64,000 nt of DNA, from NCBI GenBank assembly GCA_038045705.1, contig JBBSXO010000003.1, positions 150,949 to 214,948 of the forward strand, written 5' to 3'. This document shows, in pieces, positions 28,991-39,421 of this stretch (positions are counted from its first letter, which is position 1; each line of letters begins with the position of its first letter). The stretch comes from Nanobdellota archaeon. GTDB taxonomy: Archaea; Nanobdellota; Nanobdellia; Pacearchaeales; GW2011-AR1. Below the pieces are notes generated by a model that was not told the origin of the DNA, did not search any database, and saw only the letters and a list, made by a program, of their open reading frames with translations. The translations under genes and the position numbers were made by a program.

Positions 28991-31495
28991 ATGGATAAAA
29001 AAGTAGTTAGATTACAAGATTTTGTCATTCCACTAAACTATGAAATCTCCATCGAGCCATCTAAAAATATGGATTCTTACAAAGGTTCAGTCAAAATAAA
29101 AGTACAAATAAATAAACCAACAAAAAATATAACTCTCCATTCAAAAAATTCTGAAATTAGAACAGTAACAATATGTGTAGAAAATCAATGCATTCTATCA
29201 AAATTAAAAGAAAATAAAGAATCTGAAACAATTAATCTAGAAGTTAAAAAAGAAATATCTGGATATATAGAAATTCATATAGAATTTATAGGAAAAATAA
29301 CAGAAGATTTAGCAGGAATATACAAAAGTACATACCAGTACAATGGAAAAAAAGAACATTTGATAACAACTCAATGTGAAGCTCCTTATGCAAGAAGAAT
29401 ATTTCCTTGTTTCGATGAACCAAATAAAAAAGCAACTTTTGATATAACTGCAATAATAGAAAAAAATCTAAATTCAATAAGTAACATGCAAGTTGAATCA
29501 GAAAAAGTAGAGAATGGCAAAAAAATAGTCAAATTCAAAAAAACTCCTAAGATGTCAACTTATCTTTTCTATTTAGGAGTTGGAGACTTTGAATTTGCAG
29601 AAGAAAATTACAAAAATGTAAAAATAAGAGTTGTGACAACTCCAGGAAAAATAAAAAATGCATCTTTTGCACTAAAACAAACAAAAAAATATCTTAAATA
29701 TTTTGAAGATTATTCAGAAATACCCTATCCATTAGAAAAATTAGATCTTATTGCAATACCAGACTTTACAGTTAGCGGTATGGAAAATTGGGGCGCAATA
29801 ACATTCAGAGATTTAGTTTTATTAGTGGATGAAGAAAAAACTTCAACAGCTAGAAAAAAAATATCTGCAGAAGTCATCTCTCACGAATTATGGCATCAAT
29901 GGTCTGGGGATTTAGTAACAATGAAATGGTGGAACGACTTATGGTTAAATGAAAGCTTTGCTAATTATATGGCATTTAAAGCAGTAGATCATTATAACTC
30001 AGAATGGAATGTATGGAATGACTATTTGTCAGGAGATTTAGCAGTGGGTTTATCAAAAGACACATTGAAAACAACTCACCCAATAGAAGTTGAAATAAAA
30101 AGTCCTGAAGAAATAGGAGAAATATTTGATGAAATAAGTTATCAAAAAGGCGGGAGTGTCTTAAGAATGCTTGAAAATTATATAGGAGAAGAAAATTTCA
30201 GAAAAGGAGTGTCAAACTATCTAAAAAAATATTCATATGATAATGCTACTGCTAGTGATTTATGGGATTCATTAGATAAAGTGTCAAAAGAGAAAAAAGT
30301 AAAAGAGATTATGAAATCCTGGATTTCACAGGAAGGTTATCCATTAGTATCATTAGAAAAAGTAAAATCGGGTATAAAGATATCTCAAAAAAGATGTAAC
30401 AAATCAACAAATCAACTCTGGCCAATACCAATCTCAATATACACAAAAGAAAGAATATACAATGAATTATTGGATGGAAAAGAAAAATTAATTTCAATTA
30501 AAGATAGTCAATTAAAAGTAAATCACAAACATTTTGGATTTTATAGAACAAAATATTCAATTGAACTCTTAGACAGCTTAGGAAAATTAGTAAAAAATAA
30601 AGAATTAAACAAAGAGGACAGATGGGGGCTCAATAACGATATGTGGGCTTTATGCAATATAGGCGAAGAAGTTTTAGAGAATTATCTAAAATTCTTAAAT
30701 AATTATGAAAATGAAGAGACATATATTACATTAGCAGAAATATATGGAAGTCTGAGAAAATTAGAAAGATTATTTTATGATGAAAGTTGGTGGCCTAAAT
30801 CAAAAGAAAGAATAGTCAAAAATATTATACCCAATTATAAAAATAAATTAGCTAAATTAGGATGGGAGAATAAAAATGAAGACACCACAGAGGACAGACT
30901 TATGAGAGGATTATGTATAAACTTCTGTGGTTTCATTGAAGACAAAAACACATTGAGTAAAATAGAAGAGTTATATCAAAAAGGAGACTTTTCTATGGAT
31001 ATAGCAAATTCAGTTTATACAATGATTGCAAGAAAAGGAAATATAGAAACTTTCAAAGATGTTATTAAAAAATACGAAAATGCTTTAGATCCAGAAAATA
31101 AGATAAAACTATTATCAAGCATATACTACTTTTTGGATTCAGAAATTTTAGAGAAAGCACTTGACTTCTCAATGACTGAGAAAGTAAAATCACAAGATTT
31201 ACTTTATGTATTTGGACATGTTGCAGTAAACCCAATATCAAAAAAAATGATATTAAATTGGTATAATAAAAACTGGGATAAAATAAAAAAATATGAAGAT
31301 AATCATTATATCATGAGGTCAATTATAGAAGCTCTAATTTTACCACAAACAACACAATCAGGAAAGAATGAAGCTAAAGAATTTCTTGATAAACATAAAG
31401 TAGGTTTTGAGATGACAAAAGACAATGCATTTGAAATATTAGATCAAAACCTAAAGTTCATAGAAAAAAACAAAGAATTTCTGAAGAACTACTAA
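28991..31495 (+). CDS. M1 family zinc aminopeptidase
   Basis: GMENWG, HELWH..WLNE, YQKG; ERAP1-like C-terminus. Confidence 0.95.
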   Translation: MDKKVVRLQDFVIPLNYEISIEPSKNMDSYKGSVKIKVQINKPTKNITLHSKNSEIRTVTICVENQCILSKLKENKESETINLEVKKEISGYIEIHIEFIGKITEDLAGIYKSTYQYNGKKEHLITTQCEAPYARRIFPCFDEPNKKATFDITAIIEKNLNSISNMQVESEKVENGKKIVKFKKTPKMSTYLFYLGVGDFEFAEENYKNVKIRVVTTPGKIKNASFALKQTKKYLKYFEDYSEIPYPLEKLDLIAIPDFTVSGMENWGAITFRDLVLLVDEEKTSTARKKISAEVISHELWHQWSGDLVTMKWWNDLWLNESFANYMAFKAVDHYNSEWNVWNDYLSGDLAVGLSKDTLKTTHPIEVEIKSPEEIGEIFDEISYQKGGSVLRMLENYIGEENFRKGVSNYLKKYSYDNATASDLWDSLDKVSKEKKVKEIMKSWISQEGYPLVSLEKVKSGIKISQKRCNKSTNQLWPIPISIYTKERIYNELLDGKEKLISIKDSQLKVNHKHFGFYRTKYSIELLDSLGKLVKNKELNKEDRWGLNNDMWALCNIGEEVLENYLKFLNNYENEETYITLAEIYGSLRKLERLFYDESWWPKSKERIVKNIIPNYKNKLAKLGWENKNEDTTEDRLMRGLCINFCGFIEDKNTLSKIEELYQKGDFSMDIANSVYTMIARKGNIETFKDVIKKYENALDPENKIKLLSSIYYFLDSEILEKALDFSMTEKVKSQDLLYVFGHVAVNPISKKMILNWYNKNWDKIKKYEDNHYIMRSIIEALILPQTTQSGKNEAKEFLDKHKVGFEMTKDNAFEILDQNLKFIEKNKEFLKNY

Positions 31496-31604
31496 GAACT
31501 ACTAGATTCAGTTATTTTTGCACAAATCTCCTTAATCTATTAGAGTGATCAAGAAACCTAACGCTTAATAAAAGATTTAAATATAAATAAGATTAATCTT
31601 ACTT

Positions 31605-31844
31605 ATGGAAATAGCAACAACTAGATTAAGCTCGAGGGGGCAAATAGTTATCCCTATTGAAATGAGAAAAGATCTAAAGGAAGGAGATAAATTAATTATA
31701 ATTAAAAATGGAGAAGATTTAATCATAAAGAAATCAATTCCAGAAATTCTTTTAGCATCTCACAAGTCGCTGGCAAAGACTTGGTTGACAGAAGAAGAGG
31801 ACAAAGCAGGAAAGACCTCTAAAAGGAGACATTATTGTTATTAA
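31605..31844 (+). CDS. AbrB/MazE-fold antitoxin with frameshifted C-terminus
   Basis: SSRGQIVIP; ..SLAKTWLTEEEDKA then read-through tail; upstream palindrome TAAGATTAATCTTA. Confidence 0.8.
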   Translation: MEIATTRLSSRGQIVIPIEMRKDLKEGDKLIIIKNGEDLIIKKSIPEILLASHKSLAKTWLTEEEDKAGKTSKRRHYCY

Positions 31845-31959
31845 TTTTCCTTATTCTGATTTGACTACATATAAAAGAAGACCAGCATTTGTTGTTAAAG
31901 TCCCATCTAGAGAAGATATTCTGGCTTGCCAATATCTAAATGGCCCTACGAGGAATTGA
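31808..31959 (+). pseudogene. MazF/PemK toxin remnant (no start codon, truncated at tRNA-Arg)
   Basis: alternative frame reads ERPLKGDIIVINFPYSDLTTYKRRPAFVV..EDILACQ, then runs into the tRNA and stops. Confidence 0.8.
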
Positions 31960-32013
31960 ACCTCGATCACAGGATCCGAAGTCCCGTATTCTAATCCATT
32001 AAACTATAGGGCC
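31941..32013 (-). tRNA. tRNA-Arg(TCG)
   Basis: GGCCCTA/TAGGGCC acceptor, CGGGA-CT TCG GA-TCCTG anticodon arm, CGAGG-TTCAATT-CCTCG T arm; CCA not encoded. Confidence 0.92.
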
Positions 32014-32045
32014 ATAAGAATAAGCAAAAATAGGTATTTTAAATG

Positions 32046-33413
32046 TCACTTTTTAATCATTTTCTCAAGAAGTTTACGTACGACATTAGAGTCAGCCCTT
32101 CTATTAGTAACTCGCATAACTTCCCCAATTAAATAGTTGAAGGACTTAATATCTCCATTTACATAGTCAACAACAACTTTGTTATTTTCAGCGATAATCT
32201 TCTTAATAATTGGTTCAAGTTCTCTCTCATTACTTATCTTCCCTTCAACATTCGTAGGATCAAAACTCTTAGGAACAAATTTATTCAAAATTTGCTTTGC
32301 TTGTAATTCGGTTATTTTTTTATCTTTGACTAGGTTAAGAAGTTTAATAAAATGTTCAACTGAAATATCTATCTCAGAAAGTTTTTTATTATTATAATTC
32401 AAAACTCTAAGTAGCTCAACAGTAACCCAAGGAAAAGCAAATTTACCATCTATTTTTTCAGCTACATTTTCAAAGAAAGTAGCTATATCTATGTCCTTAG
32501 CAAGGACACCAGCATTCTTACTGTCTATTTTATATTTCTTAATTAATTTATCAAGTTTAACAGAAGGCAATTCAGGAACAAGTTTTCTTTGTTCATCAAT
32601 GAATTTCTTTGAGAATGCAACAGACTTCAAATCAGGATCAACTATGAACCTATAGTCATCTGCCATTTCTTTACTACGCATTCTCATAGTAATCCCTTTT
32701 AATTCATCATATCTTCTAGTCTCTCTAACACTTCCTTCTTTCATCTGTCTCTCAAATTCAAAAAGTATAGCAGACTTCATTGCTTCAATAGAGGTAATAT
32801 TTTTTATTTCAACACGTTCTGTCATCTGTTTACCATCCTCATCTACAACAGAGACATTGACATCAGCCTTAATTCCTGCATTAGTATCTACAGCCTTCAA
32901 GTAATTCAAAGCATGAACTAATTTATTGACCCAATGATAAACTTCATCTGCCGACTTAAAATCAGGAGCAGTAACAATCTCAACTAGAGGTAATCCACTC
33001 CTATTATAATCAACTTCTCCAGATTTAGGATCCCATGCAGCAGGATCTTCCTCAAGATGCATGCTTTCAATATTTATTCCCTCAAATTTTCCATTAACTC
33101 CAAGAGGCACTGCATGGGCACCACTCATAGTATTTTGATAACCTTTAGGTAAATCTGGCCAATCATAATGTTTACGCATCCATGGCATATTTTGATTTAC
33201 CTTACACTCAAGCATTAAAGCGATTTGAACAGCTTTTTCAACAGCAACAGAGTTGGGAGCCATTGGTTTAGCGCCAGGCATCCCACAACATACAGGACAG
33301 ATATAAATATTAGGTTTTATATCTCTTTCACGAGAAGCTTTGCATCTACAAAATAACTTTTCATTAGTTAAAAGATAAGTATGTATTTCAAGGCCACATT
33401 TTAGTTTACTCAT
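32046..33413 (-). CDS. gatB: Asp/Glu-tRNA amidotransferase subunit B
   Basis: GLEIH..KLFC, RKHYDWPDLPKGYQ, HLEED, DYNRSGLPLVEIVT, RSKE..DYRF. Confidence 0.95.
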   Translation of the reverse strand: MSKLKCGLEIHTYLLTNEKLFCRCKASRERDIKPNIYICPVCCGMPGAKPMAPNSVAVEKAVQIALMLECKVNQNMPWMRKHYDWPDLPKGYQNTMSGAHAVPLGVNGKFEGINIESMHLEEDPAAWDPKSGEVDYNRSGLPLVEIVTAPDFKSADEVYHWVNKLVHALNYLKAVDTNAGIKADVNVSVVDEDGKQMTERVEIKNITSIEAMKSAILFEFERQMKEGSVRETRRYDELKGITMRMRSKEMADDYRFIVDPDLKSVAFSKKFIDEQRKLVPELPSVKLDKLIKKYKIDSKNAGVLAKDIDIATFFENVAEKIDGKFAFPWVTVELLRVLNYNNKKLSEIDISVEHFIKLLNLVKDKKITELQAKQILNKFVPKSFDPTNVEGKISNERELEPIIKKIIAENNKVVVDYVNGDIKSFNYLIGEVMRVTNRRADSNVVRKLLEKMIKK

Positions 33414-33443
33414 GAAACAAATAAAAATAAGAGATATATTAAC

Positions 33444-34133
33444 TTAATTACCACCAAGTCTTCTTTTCCTTTTCGAAAATTCTTCAAAGGCCTCTTTAAG
33501 TTGCTTAGACTCAAAGTCAGGAAAATGCACATCTGCAAAATAAAATTCACTATAAACGGACTGATAAGGCATAAAACCGCTTAATCTTTTTTCTCCAGAT
33601 GTACGAATAATTAAATCGGGATCAGGAATTCCAGAAGAATCTAAATAATTCTTAAAATCATCTTCGCTAATTTCAGATCTTCCAGATTTTAAAATTTTAT
33701 TAATTGCCCTAACAATTTCATCTCTCCCACCATAATCCATACAAATCAAAACAGTAAATTCATTAAACTTAGCAGTTTCACTCTCGAGCAGATTTAAACC
33801 ATCAATAATTTTTGCAGGAAGCCTATCTTTTCGTCCAAGATGTTTAACTCTAACTTTATTTTTTAAAGCACCTTCAAGCAATTTATATATATTTTCTAAA
33901 AAATGATCAAATAAAAAGTTTATTTCCATTTTAGGTCTTTTCCAATTTTCAGTTGAAAAGACCCAGAGACTCATATATTTGCTCCCAAGTTTCTTAGCTT
34001 CCAATAGTAAATTTTCTAAGTGATTATAATCTACCTTAGAATATCCATCAACTTTCTTCAACCCTTTTGAAACAGCCCACCTACGATTTCCATCTGGAAT
34101 AATTGCAACGTGAATTGGTATTCTTTTATCCAT
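33444..34133 (-). CDS. uppS: cis-prenyltransferase (undecaprenyl diphosphate synthase)
   Basis: HVAIIPDGNRRWA, FSTENWKR, IRTSGEKRLSGF. Confidence 0.96.
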   Translation of the reverse strand: MDKRIPIHVAIIPDGNRRWAVSKGLKKVDGYSKVDYNHLENLLLEAKKLGSKYMSLWVFSTENWKRPKMEINFLFDHFLENIYKLLEGALKNKVRVKHLGRKDRLPAKIIDGLNLLESETAKFNEFTVLICMDYGGRDEIVRAINKILKSGRSEISEDDFKNYLDSSGIPDPDLIIRTSGEKRLSGFMPYQSVYSEFYFADVHFPDFESKQLKEAFEEFSKRKRRLGGN

Positions 34134-34157
34134 TTAAATAAGTCAAAATGTTAGTTT

Positions 34158-35198
34158 TTAAATTCTATTTTCAAGCTCCTGTTTAAACTTATCAATGTCT
34201 TCTGTATTAATTCTAGCCCCCACCGCATCTCTATGTCCTCCACCGGTAGCTTTTTCTAACAAAGGCAATATTTCAGCAAGAATATTTTTTACATTATTGC
34301 CTCTTAAAGAAATGTTGGTTATTGGTCCAGAGCTATAAGCAACACATATATATTGCTTAGGAAATAAATAAGAAAGTTCATTAGATAAATCAGAACTTAT
34401 ACTTAGTTGACCACTATAATTATAAAACAATAATTTTTCAGTAACATACTTCTTAGAATCATCAAGTAAAGATAAGTATTTCTTAGATATTTCTTTATAC
34501 TTTAGTGCAAAAGCACCATTATTCTCGAGTTCTTGTCCGATGTCATAAGGACCCTTACAATTAATCAAGAAGTTCTGTAATTGGACAACATGGCTTATTG
34601 AATCCTTCAAACCGAAACTCAACGCACGAGCCAAACGCCCTATTCCAGTAGAATAAAGAGCTTGGAAAGGTTCTTTTATATCCTTTCCCCATAAGATACT
34701 ATAATTATTTGCAAAATCATCAACAAAGTCAGGAAGATAATGGTCTGCAATGCAACCTATCAAAACAAGCCAGATATCCTCTGGACGTTTAGTAGCACTA
34801 TAACATAAATAAGTTGTCGGTTCAGAACTTTTCTTTTTATTTTTAGTTGGGTTGAATCTATATAGCATATTATAAGAATGTTTTTCATTAGAAACATCAT
34901 GATGGTCTATCCAAACAATTGGTAACTGCAACATAGATATTTCATTTACAAAATTGTCTCCAAGAGAATGTCTATCTAGAACAAAAACATAATCTCCATT
35001 AAGTTCTTGAACGCGTTTTGCATAATTAACATCTACATTTGGATGAGATTTCACAGCAACACCCTTACCACGACCAATAAATCTTCTCAAAAGAACATAA
35101 CTAGAAAGCCCATCAACATCATTATCATAAAGAAATATAGGATTTTGAGCCTTTTCAAGATGCTCGCGCATTTCAGATAATTGTTTCTTTGTTAACAT
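34158..35198 (-). CDS. DHH/DHHA1 phosphoesterase
   Basis: DNDVDG, WIDHH, GGGHRDAVG. Confidence 0.9.
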   Translation of the reverse strand: MLTKKQLSEMREHLEKAQNPIFLYDNDVDGLSSYVLLRRFIGRGKGVAVKSHPNVDVNYAKRVQELNGDYVFVLDRHSLGDNFVNEISMLQLPIVWIDHHDVSNEKHSYNMLYRFNPTKNKKKSSEPTTYLCYSATKRPEDIWLVLIGCIADHYLPDFVDDFANNYSILWGKDIKEPFQALYSTGIGRLARALSFGLKDSISHVVQLQNFLINCKGPYDIGQELENNGAFALKYKEISKKYLSLLDDSKKYVTEKLLFYNYSGQLSISSDLSNELSYLFPKQYICVAYSSGPITNISLRGNNVKNILAEILPLLEKATGGGHRDAVGARINTEDIDKFKQELENRI

Positions 35199-35232
35199 AT
35201 TAATTTAGATAAAACAAGCTTTTTAACCCTTA

Positions 35233-37605
35233 TTAATAAATTGTATAAATCTGCTCCTCAAATGGTAAGTCAACAGAAGAAATATCCATCAAGCTCGTAA
35301 TATCACTAGCTTTTATTTTATAATTTGAAATTGTATAAAGAACATCATCCATAAACAAAGAACGTTGAACATAACCTAAACCATAACCATAGTTATCTTC
35401 AAACTTTTTATCCTCGCTTTCATGACTTATCTTTCCCTTAAGTGAAACATCCTCATCTGTTACTGTGAATGCAAAAGCTCCCTGCCAATACTCCCAATTA
35501 TTTCCCAACTGTTGAGAATATGTAACTGGAATAACAAGCAAATCACGAGCATCATCAAATAAGACTGCCTTATGCTCATATTCAGCTTCTGAATAAGACC
35601 AATCACTTTCAACCACATACTTGTCAAGTTCAATTGGATTCTCAAAATCTGAAACATCAAACAAAGATATTTTCAAACCTTCTGCTCTTCCTTCTTCAGT
35701 CGCTTCACGACCTATTCCAAGCAACAAGTCATCTCCAATAGGATGAAGGTAGTTAGAGAATCCAGTAACTTTCAAGAATCCAAGAACTTCAGGATTTTTA
35801 GCATCAGATAAATCTATCACATACAAAGGATCAACTTGTCTAAAAGTAACCATATAAGCCTTCTCTCCAACAAAACGAGCAGAGTATATTCTTTCCCCAG
35901 AAGCAAGATTTTCAACACTACCAATAATCTCCAAATCTTCACTCAAAACATAAAGGTGATTAAGAGAATTATCGATGTTACCAAAACTATTTCCAGTAGT
36001 TGTTGCAATTCTTAAATTGCTATCAAATTCATCCATTGAAAATTGATTCAAAACATACCCTGAAACTTCAGCAGTTCCAGAATAAGAAATATCCATTCCA
36101 TTTATTCCAATCTTGTGAATTATAGTCTTCTCGTATTGTTTTGAGACTTTCTCATAATAATCTTTGTTCGCTTCAGCTAAAGATTTCTCAAATTCCTTTT
36201 TCTCATCTATTTTCAAAGAATTAAAATAATTCTGAACAACAAGAGCAATTTTATCAGATTTTATGTAATATTCACCCTCAGATTTTATAATCTTTTCAGC
36301 ATCAGATCTAAATTCACCAGGTAAAACCTCCAAGATAACACCTAAGGCATCTTCTTGAACATCTAAATAATCATAAGTTTTAGAACTTGTCAAATAAACT
36401 GAATTTTCTGAAACATAAATAACACTACTGCTTCCCAAAAGAAAAACATCTCCCTTATACTCCAAACTATCAAGATCAATAGCCATTACAGAAGTAAATA
36501 TCAGATTAGATTCGTAATAGCCAGGGTAATAAACCCTACTTGCAACAACACTTTCAACATTATTTCCTGCTTTGAAAAAAGGAATTTCTAGATTAGAAGA
36601 ATCTACATATTTGTTAGAGATTACATAAATATGTCCATCGATAAGTCTAGCAGTGTAATAATTTCCATCAATTACAAATGTCTCAAGTAAATTTGGATCT
36701 GAAATTAACTCTTTACTGACATCATAAACGTGGATTCTGACTTCAGGATTTGATTGTGTAGGAGGAAGTATGTTTTCAGAAACAAAACCAACAGCTTCAG
36801 CTCCTCCAAAGCTATAATAGCCATAAGAAGATTCAATTACAATTAGTTTTCCATCTTCAACGAAAATTCCATTAACATAATTATCAAACTCAAGTTCTGA
36901 AACAATCTTCATTGAATTAGCAGGATAAGCTTCAACAATTATAACTTTATTCTGATTAACTGTATAAATATACTTACCATCATTTTTTACTATATCTGCT
37001 TCATCAACATTAGCAACTTGAATATTTGTATTAGAATAATCAGAAGCAAAAGACTCTCCCTTAGCACCAGCTTGAGAAACTAAAGCTCCAGAATCTCCAG
37101 AAGTAGCTTCACCACGACCAGCAAACAGACCATATCCATTATCTAAATTTGATTTTTCAACATAAGTAACTAAATCTTCATAAGACTCAAATTGTTTTAA
37201 ATCAGTAGATAAATTATCAGTACTCTTATAATTGTTAAACAATAAAGAAACAGCGACTATAGCAATCACACCCATCAATAAAATAAAAGGCATAATTCCT
37301 TTCATAATCCTTTTAGGAGAAATAATTATCTTTCTATTAGCTACTCTGTAAACAGGAGTTTTTTTTCCTTTAACACTCCAAAAAAAATTAGAAGACTTTT
37401 CAACAAGCCCTGCATTAATTAACTTCTCCAGATTATAGCCTGTAGTATTAAGAGGAATATCTAATTTTAAAGCAATATCACTTGCAGTAATCTCCTGTGT
37501 AGAAAGCAAATCTAATATCTTTACACATGTCTTATTTGACAAAGCCTCAGCTACCAAGCCAGTTCTGGGATCATCTAAATCGATATTTATAAAACTTTTA
37601 TCCAT
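35233..37605 (-). CDS. ArsR-like wHTH + TM + secreted beta-propeller fusion protein
   Basis: ALSNKTCVKILDLL..ASDIA..LEKLINAGLVE HTH; one TM; YSNTNIQVANVDEADIVKNDG, NQFSMDE, IYSARF, TFRQVDPL, GFSNYLHP (Beta_propel PF09826-type). Confidence 0.85.
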   Translation of the reverse strand: MDKSFINIDLDDPRTGLVAEALSNKTCVKILDLLSTQEITASDIALKLDIPLNTTGYNLEKLINAGLVEKSSNFFWSVKGKKTPVYRVANRKIIISPKRIMKGIMPFILLMGVIAIVAVSLLFNNYKSTDNLSTDLKQFESYEDLVTYVEKSNLDNGYGLFAGRGEATSGDSGALVSQAGAKGESFASDYSNTNIQVANVDEADIVKNDGKYIYTVNQNKVIIVEAYPANSMKIVSELEFDNYVNGIFVEDGKLIVIESSYGYYSFGGAEAVGFVSENILPPTQSNPEVRIHVYDVSKELISDPNLLETFVIDGNYYTARLIDGHIYVISNKYVDSSNLEIPFFKAGNNVESVVASRVYYPGYYESNLIFTSVMAIDLDSLEYKGDVFLLGSSSVIYVSENSVYLTSSKTYDYLDVQEDALGVILEVLPGEFRSDAEKIIKSEGEYYIKSDKIALVVQNYFNSLKIDEKKEFEKSLAEANKDYYEKVSKQYEKTIIHKIGINGMDISYSGTAEVSGYVLNQFSMDEFDSNLRIATTTGNSFGNIDNSLNHLYVLSEDLEIIGSVENLASGERIYSARFVGEKAYMVTFRQVDPLYVIDLSDAKNPEVLGFLKVTGFSNYLHPIGDDLLLGIGREATEEGRAEGLKISLFDVSDFENPIELDKYVVESDWSYSEAEYEHKAVLFDDARDLLVIPVTYSQQLGNNWEYWQGAFAFTVTDEDVSLKGKISHESEDKKFEDNYGYGLGYVQRSLFMDDVLYTISNYKIKASDITSLMDISSVDLPFEEQIYTIY

Positions 37606-37721
37606 GAAATACTCAAAATTCATTAATATATAAATCCCCTCAAAGCTTCGAATTAAATTGAACTAAACAATAAATAAGCTGTTCAAAACATTTATATACT
37701 ACTTAAGAGTTAAACCTATGA

Positions 37722-39137
37722 ATGAAAGGCATCAAATTAAGCCTAGTAATGTTTTCAATATTTTCTTTATTCATAATAGTCTATTTTAACTCAATTTCGA
37801 TAGCTAAAGAAGACATAAAAACAAATGTTAACATAGAGTCAGAAGTTTATAATCAACTAGAAAAAAATCAAAAAGTAACTGTAATAGTAAAATTAAGAGA
37901 TAATTTTAAAACAGACAATCTAGATGAAATAAGAGAAATATCAAAACAAAATATAAATAAATTATTAAAAGATTTTAGTTTAGAGTCCAATAACGATCTT
38001 GATTTGATATATGAATATGATGCATTTAATGCCTTCGCAGCTAAAGTAGATAACATAGAACTTGAAACTCTCAGAAATAACTTAATGATAGAAGAAATTT
38101 ATGCAGAGAGAATTCTTCAAATTCAACTACAAGAAAGCTTACCTTTAATAAATGCCACACAGGCTTGGAATGTTATCACATATCCTTATCCAAATAACAA
38201 CCTTACAGGTTTTGGTCAGACAGTTTGCCTTATTGATACTGGAGTGGACTATACAAATCCAGCATTAGGGGGTAGTTTGGGAACAAAAGTTATAGGAGGA
38301 TTTGACTTTGTAAACAATGATCCAGACCCTATGGATGATCAAGGACATGGAACACATGTAGCTGGAATAATAGCAGCAAATGGTGTAATAAATAATATTT
38401 CTGTAAAGGGTGTAGCTCCTGATGCTAAATTGATAGCAGTTAAAGTTTGTAGTGCTTCTGGATTTTGCACAAGCACAAACATGATTGCAGGTATGAATCA
38501 TTGCTTGACTGCAATTAGTCCTAAAAATTTATCTGCAATATCCATGAGCATAGGAGATGGGGGAAGATACAGCAGTCAAACAAATGTTTGTCCAACATGG
38601 ATGGATTTTGCAATAAACACAGCTTGGTCAAACAATGTACCTTTAATAGCAGCTTCAGGGAATCAAGGTTATAAAGATGGAATATCTTATCCAGCCTGCT
38701 CTACAAATGCAATATCCGTAGGAGCAACATATGATGCAGACGTTGGCATTTTTGGTATGCAATGGTTTCAATCTAATGGGGTTCCTCTTTGTGTGGATAG
38801 CAGCACAATGGCTCAAGTAGATAAAATTGCTTGTGCATCTAATTCAGGAACAAACTTAGATTTAGTAGCCCCAGGAGCAAGAATAATTTCGACTGCTTCA
38901 TCAGTAGGGTTCCAGTGTGGTGCAGGAAATGGAAACTTAATATTTAGTTGTAGTGGTACATCTCAAGCAGTGCCACATGTGTCTGGAGCAATTGCACTGA
39001 TAAAACAAGCAAACTCAAGAACAATTGTAACATCAACAGTAATAGAAAAATTTCTTAAAAGAGGAACATCAAAAATAGTAATTGATCCAGCAAATGGTTT
39101 AAGTTTCCCTCGTTTAAGCCTAGAGATACTTCTATAA
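37722..39137 (+). CDS. secreted subtilisin-like S8 serine protease with propeptide
   Basis: signal peptide; IDTG, HGTHVAG, GTSQAVPHVSG catalytic triad. Confidence 0.93.
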   Translation: MKGIKLSLVMFSIFSLFIIVYFNSISIAKEDIKTNVNIESEVYNQLEKNQKVTVIVKLRDNFKTDNLDEIREISKQNINKLLKDFSLESNNDLDLIYEYDAFNAFAAKVDNIELETLRNNLMIEEIYAERILQIQLQESLPLINATQAWNVITYPYPNNNLTGFGQTVCLIDTGVDYTNPALGGSLGTKVIGGFDFVNNDPDPMDDQGHGTHVAGIIAANGVINNISVKGVAPDAKLIAVKVCSASGFCTSTNMIAGMNHCLTAISPKNLSAISMSIGDGGRYSSQTNVCPTWMDFAINTAWSNNVPLIAASGNQGYKDGISYPACSTNAISVGATYDADVGIFGMQWFQSNGVPLCVDSSTMAQVDKIACASNSGTNLDLVAPGARIISTASSVGFQCGAGNGNLIFSCSGTSQAVPHVSGAIALIKQANSRTIVTSTVIEKFLKRGTSKIVIDPANGLSFPRLSLEILL

Positions 39138-39184
39138 TTATAAGACATAAGAATCTTTAAATACCCAAAATCTTAGAAAGTAAT

Positions 39185-39382
39185 ATGAATAAATGGTCTG
39201 AACTTCTTGTTGGTCTTATTTTGGTAGTAGGTGCAATACTTGTTGCATATTACTCTCAGAATTGGGGTGCATGGAATTTCTGGAACGCTGCAGGAGAATT
39301 CTTTAAAGGAGGATTATTCTGGATCATAACAATGATTGGTGTCCTTTTCATACTTCTTGGTATTTCTGACTTGAAAAACTAA
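39185..39382 (+). CDS. small two-TM membrane protein
   Basis: two hydrophobic helices; own TATA box. Confidence 0.75.
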   Translation: MNKWSELLVGLILVVGAILVAYYSQNWGAWNFWNAAGEFFKGGLFWIITMIGVLFILLGISDLKN

Positions 39383-39421
39383 TAGAGCAATCTTTAAGAA
39401 TAAAAACTTACTTTAATAAGC

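Noticed and set aside
31484-31503. 10-bp tandem duplication AAGAACTACT at the aminopeptidase stop, possible target-site duplication
   Set aside because: The copies are adjacent rather than flanking an element; slippage is a sufficient explanation.
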